Positions 18,990 to 28,156 of a DNA stretch of 64,000 bases are shown in pieces. Under the pieces are notes generated by a model, which was not told the DNA's origin, ran no database searches, and saw only the letters and a list, made by a program, of their open reading frames with translations. Location: positions 1 to 64,000 of the forward strand of contig JAZDQA010000008.1 in assembly GCA_043797085.1 (NCBI GenBank), read 5' to 3'. The stretch comes from Pseudomonadota bacterium (GTDB lineage Bacteria > Campylobacterota > Campylobacteria > Campylobacterales > Sulfurimonadaceae). How positions within the stretch are numbered: position 1 is the first letter of the stretch; each line of letters opens with the position of its first letter. A program made the translations under genes and the position numbers.

Positions 18990-20951
18990 ATGAGCTTATT
19001 TAAACAACTTTCCATTATGCTGACACTTTTTTTAGGAATCATTCTCGCTTCGGTTATGATTTTAAATTTTAAAACAGCAACTGAGTTTGTCCAAAATCAA
19101 CTCTATACGGATGCCAAAAATACGTCGCATTCTCTGGGATTATCGCTTTCAAAAGTGGCCGATCCACAGGATACATCGACGATGGATACGATGATTAATG
19201 CGATTTTTGACAGTGGATATTATGAACGTATCAGTCTCAAAGATGTGGATGGAAAAATACTGTATGAGCGTAAAACGGATGTTGTGGTGAGCGATGTCCC
19301 ATTATGGTTTATTGGTATTGTTCCTATCCAAAGCAGTACCGCTTCCAGTGATATTATGATGGGGTGGAGTCGTTTTGGAACCTTGGAAGTACGCGGTCAT
19401 ACGGGTAATGCGTACCTTCAGCTTTATTCCACTTTGATTGAATTGGTGAAAACGTTTCTTATTTTAGGTGCGATTGTTTTTGCTTTTTTGTATCTGCTGT
19501 TATCGTTGAGTTTGAAATCACTTAAACGAATTGGTGATCAGGCAAAAGGAATTATCAAAAATCAATTTATCTTTGAAGACAAAATTCCTTTTACAACAGA
19601 ATTTCGGTCAGTTACGGTAGCGATGAATGCCATGGTAGGAAAAGTAAAAGATATTTTTGAGCGTGAAGATGAGACATTGAAACGTTATCATGAACTTTTG
19701 TACAAAGATGCTGAAACAAAGCTCTACAATCGCCGTTATTTGGTTGCAAAACTTCCTGACTATCTTCAGGCAGACACGTTGTTTTCAGCCGGTGTTTATG
19801 CATTGTTTAGTTTTGATGAACTGGATCGACTGAAAAAAGAGCTTGGGTATGAAGCTTACCGTTCGCTCCTTACTTCTTTTGCAAATAGCTTGAATGATGA
19901 GTTTTCCGGTGATCCGCACACTCTTATCGCACGCTTGAATGAAAGTGATTTTTTTGTGGTAATACCATCAAAAGAGTCATCGGAGATTATCACGAGACTT
20001 GAAAAGATTATGAATCTGTTGCATCAGAATATCATACGAGAAGATGAGCCAGCAGTAATGCATGTGGTCGTAGGGTGCAGTGTTGGAAACTATACCGAGA
20101 ACGATACCCTTAAATCTCTTTTTTCACGAGCAGATCATTCGGTTACTCAAGCAAAACTTCGACAAAATTTTTCAATTGATATCAACGTTGAGGGTAAAGA
20201 TTCTCTCATACTTGGTCGTGAAGAGTGGAGAAATGAACTGCTGCTGAGCTTGGAAGAATCACGAATGTTATTGGCATTCCAAAGTGTTGTGAATGTACAT
20301 GACGGTAAAACGGATGTACTGCACGAAGAGATATTTTTACGTCTTTTGGATAAAGAAGGGACGATTCATTCAGCCGGTTATTTTATCCCTATTGCTACAA
20401 GTTTGGGTCTGATTGATATTTTGGATCGTTACATGATTACGCAAGTATTAAAGTATTTAAAAGAGCAAAATCAAGTTACTTCAATGGCGCTAAATCTAAG
20501 TGGAGATTTTGTCAAAAAATATGCCAATATTGAGTGGTTAAAAATACAGCTTGAACTTTTTTCACGTACCAATCGAACACAATTGTGGTTTGAAGTAAGT
20601 AACTCTATCGCATTATCTGAGCTTGAAGCGGTACAATCCTTGTGTAAAACAGTCAAACATCTTGGACATCGTTTCGGGATAGATCATTTTGCGTTGCCCG
20701 AGAGCGGGGCACTTTATCTACAAGCCATAGGACCTGATTATGTTAAATCGAATGCAGGGTATTTACAAGATATGATGCTGGATAACGAGACAGGAAATAC
20801 ACGCGAAAGTTTGAATAATTTAGTAAAAAGTTTGGGAATTTCGATTGTGGCGATAATGATCGAAAATTCCGAACAGATGGAAGCCCTTAAAAATCTCGGA
20901 GTAACAAGATTTCAAGGCTCGTTTGTTGCACCTGTGGCGATGCTCAAGTAA
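18990..20951 (+). CDS. lapD: LapD-like c-di-GMP receptor (LapD/MoxY periplasmic domain, HAMP, degenerate GGDEF and EAL)
   Basis: MSLFKQL N-terminus, SLGLSL, AIFDSGYY, VPLWF, and the GW (LapG-binding Trp) motif. Degenerate catalytic motifs NESDF and EIF/DHF. Confidence 0.9.
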   Translation: MSLFKQLSIMLTLFLGIILASVMILNFKTATEFVQNQLYTDAKNTSHSLGLSLSKVADPQDTSTMDTMINAIFDSGYYERISLKDVDGKILYERKTDVVVSDVPLWFIGIVPIQSSTASSDIMMGWSRFGTLEVRGHTGNAYLQLYSTLIELVKTFLILGAIVFAFLYLLLSLSLKSLKRIGDQAKGIIKNQFIFEDKIPFTTEFRSVTVAMNAMVGKVKDIFEREDETLKRYHELLYKDAETKLYNRRYLVAKLPDYLQADTLFSAGVYALFSFDELDRLKKELGYEAYRSLLTSFANSLNDEFSGDPHTLIARLNESDFFVVIPSKESSEIITRLEKIMNLLHQNIIREDEPAVMHVVVGCSVGNYTENDTLKSLFSRADHSVTQAKLRQNFSIDINVEGKDSLILGREEWRNELLLSLEESRMLLAFQSVVNVHDGKTDVLHEEIFLRLLDKEGTIHSAGYFIPIATSLGLIDILDRYMITQVLKYLKEQNQVTSMALNLSGDFVKKYANIEWLKIQLELFSRTNRTQLWFEVSNSIALSELEAVQSLCKTVKHLGHRFGIDHFALPESGALYLQAIGPDYVKSNAGYLQDMMLDNETGNTRESLNNLVKSLGISIVAIMIENSEQMEALKNLGVTRFQGSFVAPVAMLK

Positions 20952-20954
20952 AAA

Positions 20955-21035
20955 CTACTTCTTTTTACGAGTGAGGACAAAAACGAAAGCGGCGATTACC
21001 GCGAGTAGTATAAAGATATTGCCTTGTTCGACCAT
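20955..21035 (-). CDS. Small membrane protein, 26 aa (MVEQGNIFILLAVIAAFVFVLTRKKK)
   Basis: ATG preceded by GGAG, a single hydrophobic helix and a basic tail; fills the lapD-ygiQ gap. Confidence 0.55.
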   Translation of the reverse strand: MVEQGNIFILLAVIAAFVFVLTRKKK

Positions 21036-21119
21036 AAGAAGCTCCAAAAGTTTTAATGATTTTTTATTATACCGTACATCATAGCCCTTTATAAGAGGTT
21101 ACACCGTACAATCGCATTT

Positions 21120-22862
21120 ATGAAAACACAACCTCCTAAAATTTTTCGATTTCTCCCAACTACCCGTGCTGAGATGGATGAACGCGGCTGGGATCAGTGT
21201 GATGTTATCCTTGTTAATGGCGATGCCTATATTGATTCACCTTTCATTGGTATAGCCGCAGTAGGACGAATTTTAGAGCGTGAAGGGTATCGTGTCGGTA
21301 TCATCGGACAGCCTGATATTACCAGTGATACGGATATTAAACGACTTGGCGAACCGAGACTCTTTTGGGGAGTGAGCGGCGGAAGCGTTGATTCGATGGT
21401 TTCCAACTATACCGCAACTAAAAAATTTCGCAATAATGATGATTATACTCCCGGCGGCGTGAACAACAAACGTCCTGACCGTGCAGTGCTTGTCTATACT
21501 AATCTTATCCGTCAATATTACAAAAGTACGGTTCCCATCGTTCTTGGAGGAATAGAAGCCAGCTTACGCCGTGTTACTCATTATGACTACTGGACGAACA
21601 AACTGCGTAAGCCAATTTTATTTGATGCCAAAGCCGATTTTTTGATCTACGGTATGGGGGAGGGAGCAATTATTGCTCTTCCAAAAGCACTTGACGAAGG
21701 AAAATCACCATACGACATACGAGGTGTGTGCTACATTTCCAAAGAGCCAAAAGAGGGATATCTGACATTGCCTTCTCACAAAGAGTGCTTGGATGAAAAA
21801 GAAAAATACATTGATCTCTTTGATGCATTTTATGATAATAATGATCCTATTTCAGCATTAGGATTGTGTCAAGAGGTTGATGGACGTTACAGTATCCAAA
21901 ACCCTCCTGCCGATTATCTCGATGAGAATGAAATGGATGCCGTTTCAGCCCTCCCTTTTACCCGCGAGCTTCATCCTTATCACCGACCTCAAGGCGAAGT
22001 AAAATGTCTTGAAACAATCAAGTTTTCGATTATGACCCATCAGGGGTGTTGGGGAGAGTGTAATTTCTGTGCGATCGGTGTTCATCAAGGACGCACCATC
22101 CGTACGCGAAGCGAAGAATCGATACTGACCGAAGCAACACAGTTTACGGAGTATAAAGATTTCAAAGGAATTATCAGCGACGTTGGTGGTCCTACGGCGA
22201 ACATGTACGGATACGAGTGCAATAAAAAGCTCAAACACGGAACCTGTGATCACCAACGCTGTGTCGATGATACCCATTTATGCAAATCAATGAAAGTTGA
22301 CCATACACGCATTATTAATCTCTTGCGTCGTCTTCGTGAAGTTCGTGGCATTAAAAAAGCATTTGTCGCTTCAGGGGTACGCTATGACCTCATCAATGAA
22401 GATAAACGACAAGGGTATGATTACCTCAAAGAGATGGTGCGTCATCACATCTCAGGACAGATGAAAGTCGCCCCCGAACACACCTCCGATCATGTCCTCC
22501 ATTTGATGAACAAACCGGGGAAACAAACGCTCGTTGATTTCAAAAAGCTCTATGATCAGCTCAACCGCGAAGAGGGAAAAAAGCAGTTTTTGACCTACTA
22601 TCTCATCGCTGCCCATCCGGGATGCACCGAAAAAGACATGCACGATTTGAAGCGTTTTACCACAGATGAATTAAAGATGAACCCTGAACAAGCACAGGTC
22701 TTTACTCCAACACCTGGGACGTATTCGGCGGTGATGTACTACACCGAAATGGACCCAAAAACCCGTGAAAAAATCTTCGTTGAAAAAGATACGTCTCGCA
22801 AAGAGAAACAAAAACAGATCGTCGTTGCTAAAGATAACTTTAAAAGCGGGTTCGGGAGTTAA
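21120..22862 (+). CDS. ygiQ: YgiQ/UPF0313 family radical SAM protein
   Basis: FLPTT, GDAYIDSP, CWGECNFC (CxxxCxxC), DVGGPTANMYG, APEH motifs. Confidence 0.9.
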   Translation: MKTQPPKIFRFLPTTRAEMDERGWDQCDVILVNGDAYIDSPFIGIAAVGRILEREGYRVGIIGQPDITSDTDIKRLGEPRLFWGVSGGSVDSMVSNYTATKKFRNNDDYTPGGVNNKRPDRAVLVYTNLIRQYYKSTVPIVLGGIEASLRRVTHYDYWTNKLRKPILFDAKADFLIYGMGEGAIIALPKALDEGKSPYDIRGVCYISKEPKEGYLTLPSHKECLDEKEKYIDLFDAFYDNNDPISALGLCQEVDGRYSIQNPPADYLDENEMDAVSALPFTRELHPYHRPQGEVKCLETIKFSIMTHQGCWGECNFCAIGVHQGRTIRTRSEESILTEATQFTEYKDFKGIISDVGGPTANMYGYECNKKLKHGTCDHQRCVDDTHLCKSMKVDHTRIINLLRRLREVRGIKKAFVASGVRYDLINEDKRQGYDYLKEMVRHHISGQMKVAPEHTSDHVLHLMNKPGKQTLVDFKKLYDQLNREEGKKQFLTYYLIAAHPGCTEKDMHDLKRFTTDELKMNPEQAQVFTPTPGTYSAVMYYTEMDPKTREKIFVEKDTSRKEKQKQIVVAKDNFKSGFGS

Positions 22863-22921
22863 ATAAATCGAGAATAATTTTTTTGGTTATAATTGGCTGA
22901 TTTTATTAATGAGGCTGTTTT

Positions 22922-23503
22922 ATGAAAAAAGTATTGATAATCATCTTTCTAAGTACTCTCTACGTGTTTGGAACAAGTTTTGATTGCACGAAAACTCATA
23001 GCAATGTTGAAAAGATGATATGTTCAGATGAGGAACTTTCAAAGCTTGATGAAAATCTCTCGAAAGCATTTAAAGAAGCTATCAAAAGTACAGAACACAA
23101 AGATCAGCTTAAAAAGGAGCAGTTTTCTTGGATTCGAGAGAGAAATAAATGTTCGAATATTGAATGTCTAGTCAGTAGTTATCAATCACGTATCAATTCA
23201 CTAAAAGTAGATAATGACAATTGTTGTTTAATTTTGCGTATGGATGATACTAAAGGTCAAAATGTAACGTATTATGAACTTTCAGCATTAAAGTATGGTG
23301 ATTTGGTTGTATATCAAAATGGATACGGTAAATATTTTTTAGAGCAATATTCTACAAATAAGTCTCTAATAGAACTTGCAGAAAGTATAAAAATCAAAAA
23401 ATATAAGGACAATTATTACGTCATAGTTGTCCCAATGCAAGAAAAAATTAACGACTTAAAAATTTACAGATATAGCAATGGAAAATTAATTCCATGTATG
23501 TAA
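22922..23503 (+). CDS. LprI/DUF1311-like secreted protein (lysozyme-inhibitor family N-terminus)
   Basis: Signal peptide, SFDC...VEKMICSDEELSKLD...EQFSWIRERNKC...YQSRI; AT-rich. Confidence 0.7.
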   Translation: MKKVLIIIFLSTLYVFGTSFDCTKTHSNVEKMICSDEELSKLDENLSKAFKEAIKSTEHKDQLKKEQFSWIRERNKCSNIECLVSSYQSRINSLKVDNDNCCLILRMDDTKGQNVTYYELSALKYGDLVVYQNGYGKYFLEQYSTNKSLIELAESIKIKKYKDNYYVIVVPMQEKINDLKIYRYSNGKLIPCM

Positions 23504-23517
23504 ATAAAAATAACATA

Positions 23518-23542
23518 CCCTTCGACAGGCTCAGGGCGAACG
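23518..23542. repeat. REP-like element CCCTTCGACAGGCTCAGGGCGAACG
   Basis: GC-rich short hairpin (CCCT...AGGG) in AT-rich intergenic DNA; resembles a widespread CCTTCGACAGGCTCAGG repeat motif (from recall). Confidence 0.55.
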
Positions 23543-23636
23543 AGATAAAATAAGTAAATGCAGTAGAAAAAAAGTTTACTCTCATTTAGGCGAAATAAGA
23601 TAAAATATTTGATAAGAAAAAAAAGGGGGTTGAATC

Positions 23637-23870
23637 ATGATAAGTTTATCTATTCAAGAACCGAAAATCGAGCATTTTTTTAAACATTCACAAGAAGAAA
23701 TGATCAAAGCATTGCGCTTTATCGTTGAGCATGAGATCGACTATGGTGAATCTTCAAACGAGCTTTCTGTTGAACAAAAAAAAGAGCTTACATCACGTAT
23801 CGAGTCGTATCACAATGATCGTTCCATAGGTAAATCGTGGAGTGATATTAAGAGTTCATTACTGCATTAA
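23637..23870 (+). CDS. Putative addiction-module antitoxin
   Basis: 77 aa with ELSVEQKKELTSRIESY...SWSDIK, typical of addiction-module antitoxins; immediately upstream of a RelE/ParE toxin. Confidence 0.75.
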   Translation: MISLSIQEPKIEHFFKHSQEEMIKALRFIVEHEIDYGESSNELSVEQKKELTSRIESYHNDRSIGKSWSDIKSSLLH

Positions 23871-24206
23871 ATGTTGGAAGTTAAACTACATCCGAAAGCC
23901 CAAGAGGATTTAGCTGAAGCTCTCGATTACTACACCTCTATCGATCAACCGATCAAAAATAAATTTATCGATGATTTGGATTTGACATTCGGCAAAATTC
24001 AAAAGTATCCAAAGCTATATCCCTATGAGACACTAACGGCTCAAAAAGTTTTGTTAAAAAAATTCCCCTATATCGTGCTGTATGAACATTTTGAAAATGT
24101 CATTATGGTTTTGGCTATTTTCCATACCAAGAGACATCCGAATATTTTAGATGTTAGAAAAGAGACGCTACAAAAAGAAAATTTTAAAAGCGGATTTGCT
24201 AGTTAA
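23871..24206 (+). CDS. RelE/ParE family toxin
   Basis: VKLHPKAQEDLAEALDYY...KFPYIVLYE...VLAIFHTKRHP. Confidence 0.85.
   Translation: MLEVKLHPKAQEDLAEALDYYTSIDQPIKNKFIDDLDLTFGKIQKYPKLYPYETLTAQKVLLKKFPYIVLYEHFENVIMVLAIFHTKRHPNILDVRKETLQKENFKSGFAS
24174..24206 (+). repeat. Diverged duplicate of the ygiQ 3' end (copy of 22830-22862)
   Basis: 27/33 nt identical; KENFKSGFAS* versus KDNFKSGFGS*. Confidence 0.8.
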
Positions 24207-26146
24207 AGGGATGTAGGTTTACCAGTGTAATAACCTTGAGAATAATTAATCCCGAGTTCTTTAACAATATTGAAAATTTCTTCAGTTGCAACAAATTCGG
24301 CAATGGTTTTAACACCAATTCTATTCGCGAAATCAACGACGGATTCAACAACAATACGATGGCGGGGATTTTGGTCAATATTACGAATAAGTGAGCCGTC
24401 AATTTTTAGAAAATCAACATTAAGTTTGAGAATATTTTCAAAGTTCGAATAGCCACTGCCAAAATCATCGATGGCAATACTCGCTCCAAGCTCTTTCATT
24501 CGGGTAATAAAGAGTGCAACTTCATCAAAGTTTTCGATTCCTTCGGATTCAAGTATCTCAAAGACGACACGATTTGCCGTACCTGTTTGTTTTAAAACAC
24601 GCTCGATAGTGGAAATTGTGTAGGGATTGAGAATATCACTACTGGAAAGATTAATCGAAAAATTCTCACTTCGTGTGCTAAAAGTACGACATGCTTGATA
24701 GATTACTTGTTGAGTAATATTTGAATATAGTCCTATTTTTTGAGAAATCAGTAAAAAATCACTGGGTGGAATAAGGCTTCCATCCGTACTTTGAATCCGT
24801 ACTAACGCTTCATATTTTTCGATGATACCTGTTTTGCAGTTGATAATCGGTTGGTACTGACATATGATACGATGCTCGATGAGTGACTGGCGTATTTGAG
24901 CAGACATTGCAATATTGCTTTTGTATTGCTCTTCAATCCCTTCATCAGCATCATACAAAGAGTAGGGCTTTTTAAAAATACGTGCCTTATTAAGGGCAAT
25001 ATTTGCATGTATGAGTGGTTTATCGCTCATCATAGCGATCCCCATAGAGGCACGTAAATGAATCGACTCTTCTCCTATAATAAAGGTTCTTCTCATAAAT
25101 GTAGACAGTAGCATTCCAATATTTTTTTGTACATCTTCTTCTGAAAGCTCACGTGCAAGTATAATAGCAAACTCATCTCCATCAATGCGGTAAGCTTCTA
25201 ACTTCATATCTTTAAACCAATTGGCTATTTGTTTGAGCAAATCATCACCGGTATCGATTCCAAAAAAATCGTTAACTTCTCTAAAATCATCAATATTAAA
25301 AATGGCAACGGTATTATTAGGAAATTGCGTTAAGTCTTCTTGAAATTTTAATCGATTTGGAAGTCCTGTCAACGTGTCACGATAGAGGTTTTGGATGATT
25401 TCATGTGTTTTTATCATTACTTTTTCTTCCAGTTGTTCATTGCTTAGACGAAGTTCCTCTGTAGCCCATGCAACTTTTTTTTCAAGTACAACATGGCTTT
25501 TTCGCAGGGTGTGACGATAAAGAAGTAAAAATGGAAATAACCCTAAAAGAATAGCGATGGAGGAAGCAACAGAAGTAAAGACTGAAGCGTTGGAAAGTTT
25601 TTGAATAGATTCTACATCGATGTCAGCACCGATGATATAGCGATAACCCGATGATGTGGTATGAGGAATATAAATACTTCGAAATTTCCCCCATTGATCG
25701 GGATTTGCATCCATGTCTACAACTGTTTTATTACTCTTAAGAGCTTTAATCATAAGATCATTTTTTGGGTATGTATCATAAAAATGGGTTAAATTTTCTC
25801 CGCTTATAAGTTCTCTATTGCGGGCACTACTAGAGGTAAAGCGTAAGTTCCCTTGCGGATCGAGAATCATTGAATAAATATACACAACTCCTTGGGCATT
25901 TGCTAGAGTGGTTAGTGTTTGAATCATATTGGCATCTTCAATATTTGTGGGAGGTGTCGTAGAAACTGTTGTGTGATAGTTGTCACCAATAATGATTTGT
26001 GCCGATTTTACTGCACGCTCTAATGTAGTGTTGATATTTGTATCGGTTAGTTTTTTTTCACTGTCATGATAACGGTAGCCTACGGCAAAAAGGATAGAGA
26101 TAAAAAAGAGAAAAGCAAGAAAAAATTTTTTGATGTCAACTTGCAT
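24203..26146 (-). CDS. Membrane GGDEF-EAL protein with Cache-like sensor; probable phosphodiesterase
   Basis: TM-periplasmic domain-TM; DGDEF (degenerate); intact EAL, EILESE, DDFGSGYS, KIDGS, QGYY. Confidence 0.88.
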   Translation of the reverse strand: MQVDIKKFFLAFLFFISILFAVGYRYHDSEKKLTDTNINTTLERAVKSAQIIIGDNYHTTVSTTPPTNIEDANMIQTLTTLANAQGVVYIYSMILDPQGNLRFTSSSARNRELISGENLTHFYDTYPKNDLMIKALKSNKTVVDMDANPDQWGKFRSIYIPHTTSSGYRYIIGADIDVESIQKLSNASVFTSVASSIAILLGLFPFLLLYRHTLRKSHVVLEKKVAWATEELRLSNEQLEEKVMIKTHEIIQNLYRDTLTGLPNRLKFQEDLTQFPNNTVAIFNIDDFREVNDFFGIDTGDDLLKQIANWFKDMKLEAYRIDGDEFAIILARELSEEDVQKNIGMLLSTFMRRTFIIGEESIHLRASMGIAMMSDKPLIHANIALNKARIFKKPYSLYDADEGIEEQYKSNIAMSAQIRQSLIEHRIICQYQPIINCKTGIIEKYEALVRIQSTDGSLIPPSDFLLISQKIGLYSNITQQVIYQACRTFSTRSENFSINLSSSDILNPYTISTIERVLKQTGTANRVVFEILESEGIENFDEVALFITRMKELGASIAIDDFGSGYSNFENILKLNVDFLKIDGSLIRNIDQNPRHRIVVESVVDFANRIGVKTIAEFVATEEIFNIVKELGINYSQGYYTGKPTSL

Positions 26147-26242
26147 ATAAAACCTTTATGGTATTAAAAAAAATAATAAATTTTAGTATTAAATTGTTAT
26201 TGGATAAGTATAACACACCAAAAATAAAAGCGGATATACAAG

Positions 26243-28156
26243 TTAAAGATACATAGGTTTACCCGTATAGTAACCTTGCGAGTAGGTAATCCCAAGTTCT
26301 GTTACGATGTTGAGTATTTCCTCACTTGCAACGAATTCGGCAATGGTTTCGATACCGATACGGTGTGCAAAATCAACAATGGACTCAACAACAATGCGGT
26401 GGCGGGGATTTTGATCAATATTACGAATGAGTGAGCCGTCAATTTTTAGAAAATCAACATTAAGTTTGAGAATATTTTCAAAGTTTGAATATCCAGTGCC
26501 AAAATCATCGATGGCGATACTAGCTCCAAGTTCTTTCATTCGGGTAATAAACAGAGCAACTTCATCAAAGTTTTCAATCCCCTCAGACTCCAAAATCTCA
26601 AAAACGATTCGGCTTGCGGTATTGGTTTGTTTTAATATTCTCTCAATGGTGGTAAGGGTATGGGGATCGAGAATATCGCTGTTGGAGAGGTTGATAGAAA
26701 AGTGTTCGGTACGGTTGCTGAAGGTATGACAGGCTTGATAAATAACTTCTTGTGTGATGCTTGAATAGAGTTTTGTTTTTTTAGCAATCGGTAAAAAGTC
26801 ATTAGGGGGGATGAGGGTACCATCATCCCGAGCAATTCGAACGAGTGTCTCATATTTGGTGGTTAATCCCGTTTTACAATTGACGATGGGTTGATATTGA
26901 CATACGATACGATGTTCGATGAGAGCTTGGCGTATTTGTGCAGACATGGCAATGTTCGTTTTATATTGATCTTCGATTCCCTCAGCTGAATCATACAAAG
27001 AATAAGGTTTTTTAAGACTTCGTGCTTTATTGAGGGCGATGTCGGCATGAATAATCGGTTTTCTGCTCATAATAGCGACACCCACTGTACCACGTAGGTG
27101 AAAGGTTTCCTCCCCGATAATAAAATTTCTTTCCTCAAAATTAGAAAGAAAAGTAGTGATCTTGTGAGCTATTTGTTCACGTGAAAATTCACGGGGAAGG
27201 ATAAAGGCAAATTCATCACCGCCAATACGATAAGGCTGCAGTTTTGTCTCACTTAACCAATAGGCTATCTGCGCCAGCAGATCATCGCCCGCATCGATTC
27301 CAAAAAAATCATTGACCTCTTTAAAATCGTCGATGTTAAAAATAGCAACGGTATTATTTGGAAAGAGGAGCAAATCTTCTTGAAGTTTGAGTCGGTTGGG
27401 AAGGGTGGTTAACGTATCATGGTAAAGGCTTTGGATGAGCTCGTGAGTTTTCTCTTTTACTTTGATTTCCAAATCTTGATTGATGGTTTGAAATTTTTGA
27501 GCATAGTTCCATACCCGCTTCTGCATCGATTCGAAGGCTTTTATGATTTGCACAAATTCATACTGTGCGTAGGGAATATCAAAAATAATTTTTTCACCAG
27601 GTCTAAAATTGTGTACTTTATGGGCAATGAGTTTGATTGGAAGTAAAAGACGATTAATCCAAATCAATATGAGCCATAAAGTTATGATTGCACCCATAAT
27701 AATCAATCCATACAACGTATAAAAATGGTCCATGGTTTTGGCAAATTCTTCGCCTGAGTAGGTGAGGGTAATGGTACCGATTGATTTTGGAGAAGAGGGT
27801 TCCATAAGATTTTTAGTGATTTTAATTGTTTTGGTCAGAGAACTGGAGGCATTTTTACGATAATTAAATATGCTAATCCCCTTTATATCTGTGACTTCTA
27901 GTGCGACTACTTCATCGAGCCTGGTGATTAAGGAAACTTTGTCTTCAATTTCTTTTATTCCTAAAAAGAGAGAGATAGCTATGGTGGGCTCTATGGATTG
28001 AATCAACAAAGAAGCTTTTTCCTTTTGGGTGTCCAACGTCAAATCACGAACAATCCAATAAGTAGCTAATGTTGAAACAGCAAATATAACAGATCCTCCT
28101 ATCAGTAAAGTCATAAGGATTTTTGTGGAGAGACGGGCATTACTAAAACGGCTCAT
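26243..28156 (-). CDS. YfiN-like membrane HAMP-GGDEF-EAL protein
   Basis: TM-short periplasmic domain-TM-HAMP; GGDEF; ETL, DDFGTGYS, QGYY. Confidence 0.85.
   Translation of the reverse strand: MSRFSNARLSTKILMTLLIGGSVIFAVSTLATYWIVRDLTLDTQKEKASLLIQSIEPTIAISLFLGIKEIEDKVSLITRLDEVVALEVTDIKGISIFNYRKNASSSLTKTIKITKNLMEPSSPKSIGTITLTYSGEEFAKTMDHFYTLYGLIIMGAIITLWLILIWINRLLLPIKLIAHKVHNFRPGEKIIFDIPYAQYEFVQIIKAFESMQKRVWNYAQKFQTINQDLEIKVKEKTHELIQSLYHDTLTTLPNRLKLQEDLLLFPNNTVAIFNIDDFKEVNDFFGIDAGDDLLAQIAYWLSETKLQPYRIGGDEFAFILPREFSREQIAHKITTFLSNFEERNFIIGEETFHLRGTVGVAIMSRKPIIHADIALNKARSLKKPYSLYDSAEGIEDQYKTNIAMSAQIRQALIEHRIVCQYQPIVNCKTGLTTKYETLVRIARDDGTLIPPNDFLPIAKKTKLYSSITQEVIYQACHTFSNRTEHFSINLSNSDILDPHTLTTIERILKQTNTASRIVFEILESEGIENFDEVALFITRMKELGASIAIDDFGTGYSNFENILKLNVDFLKIDGSLIRNIDQNPRHRIVVESIVDFAHRIGIETIAEFVASEEILNIVTELGITYSQGYYTGKPMYL

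Noticed and set aside
1..21000. T1SS exporter genes (lapB/C/E) and a pelX epimerase in the biofilm locus
   Set aside because: No such ORFs occur in this window; they may lie upstream or elsewhere, so nothing can be concluded.
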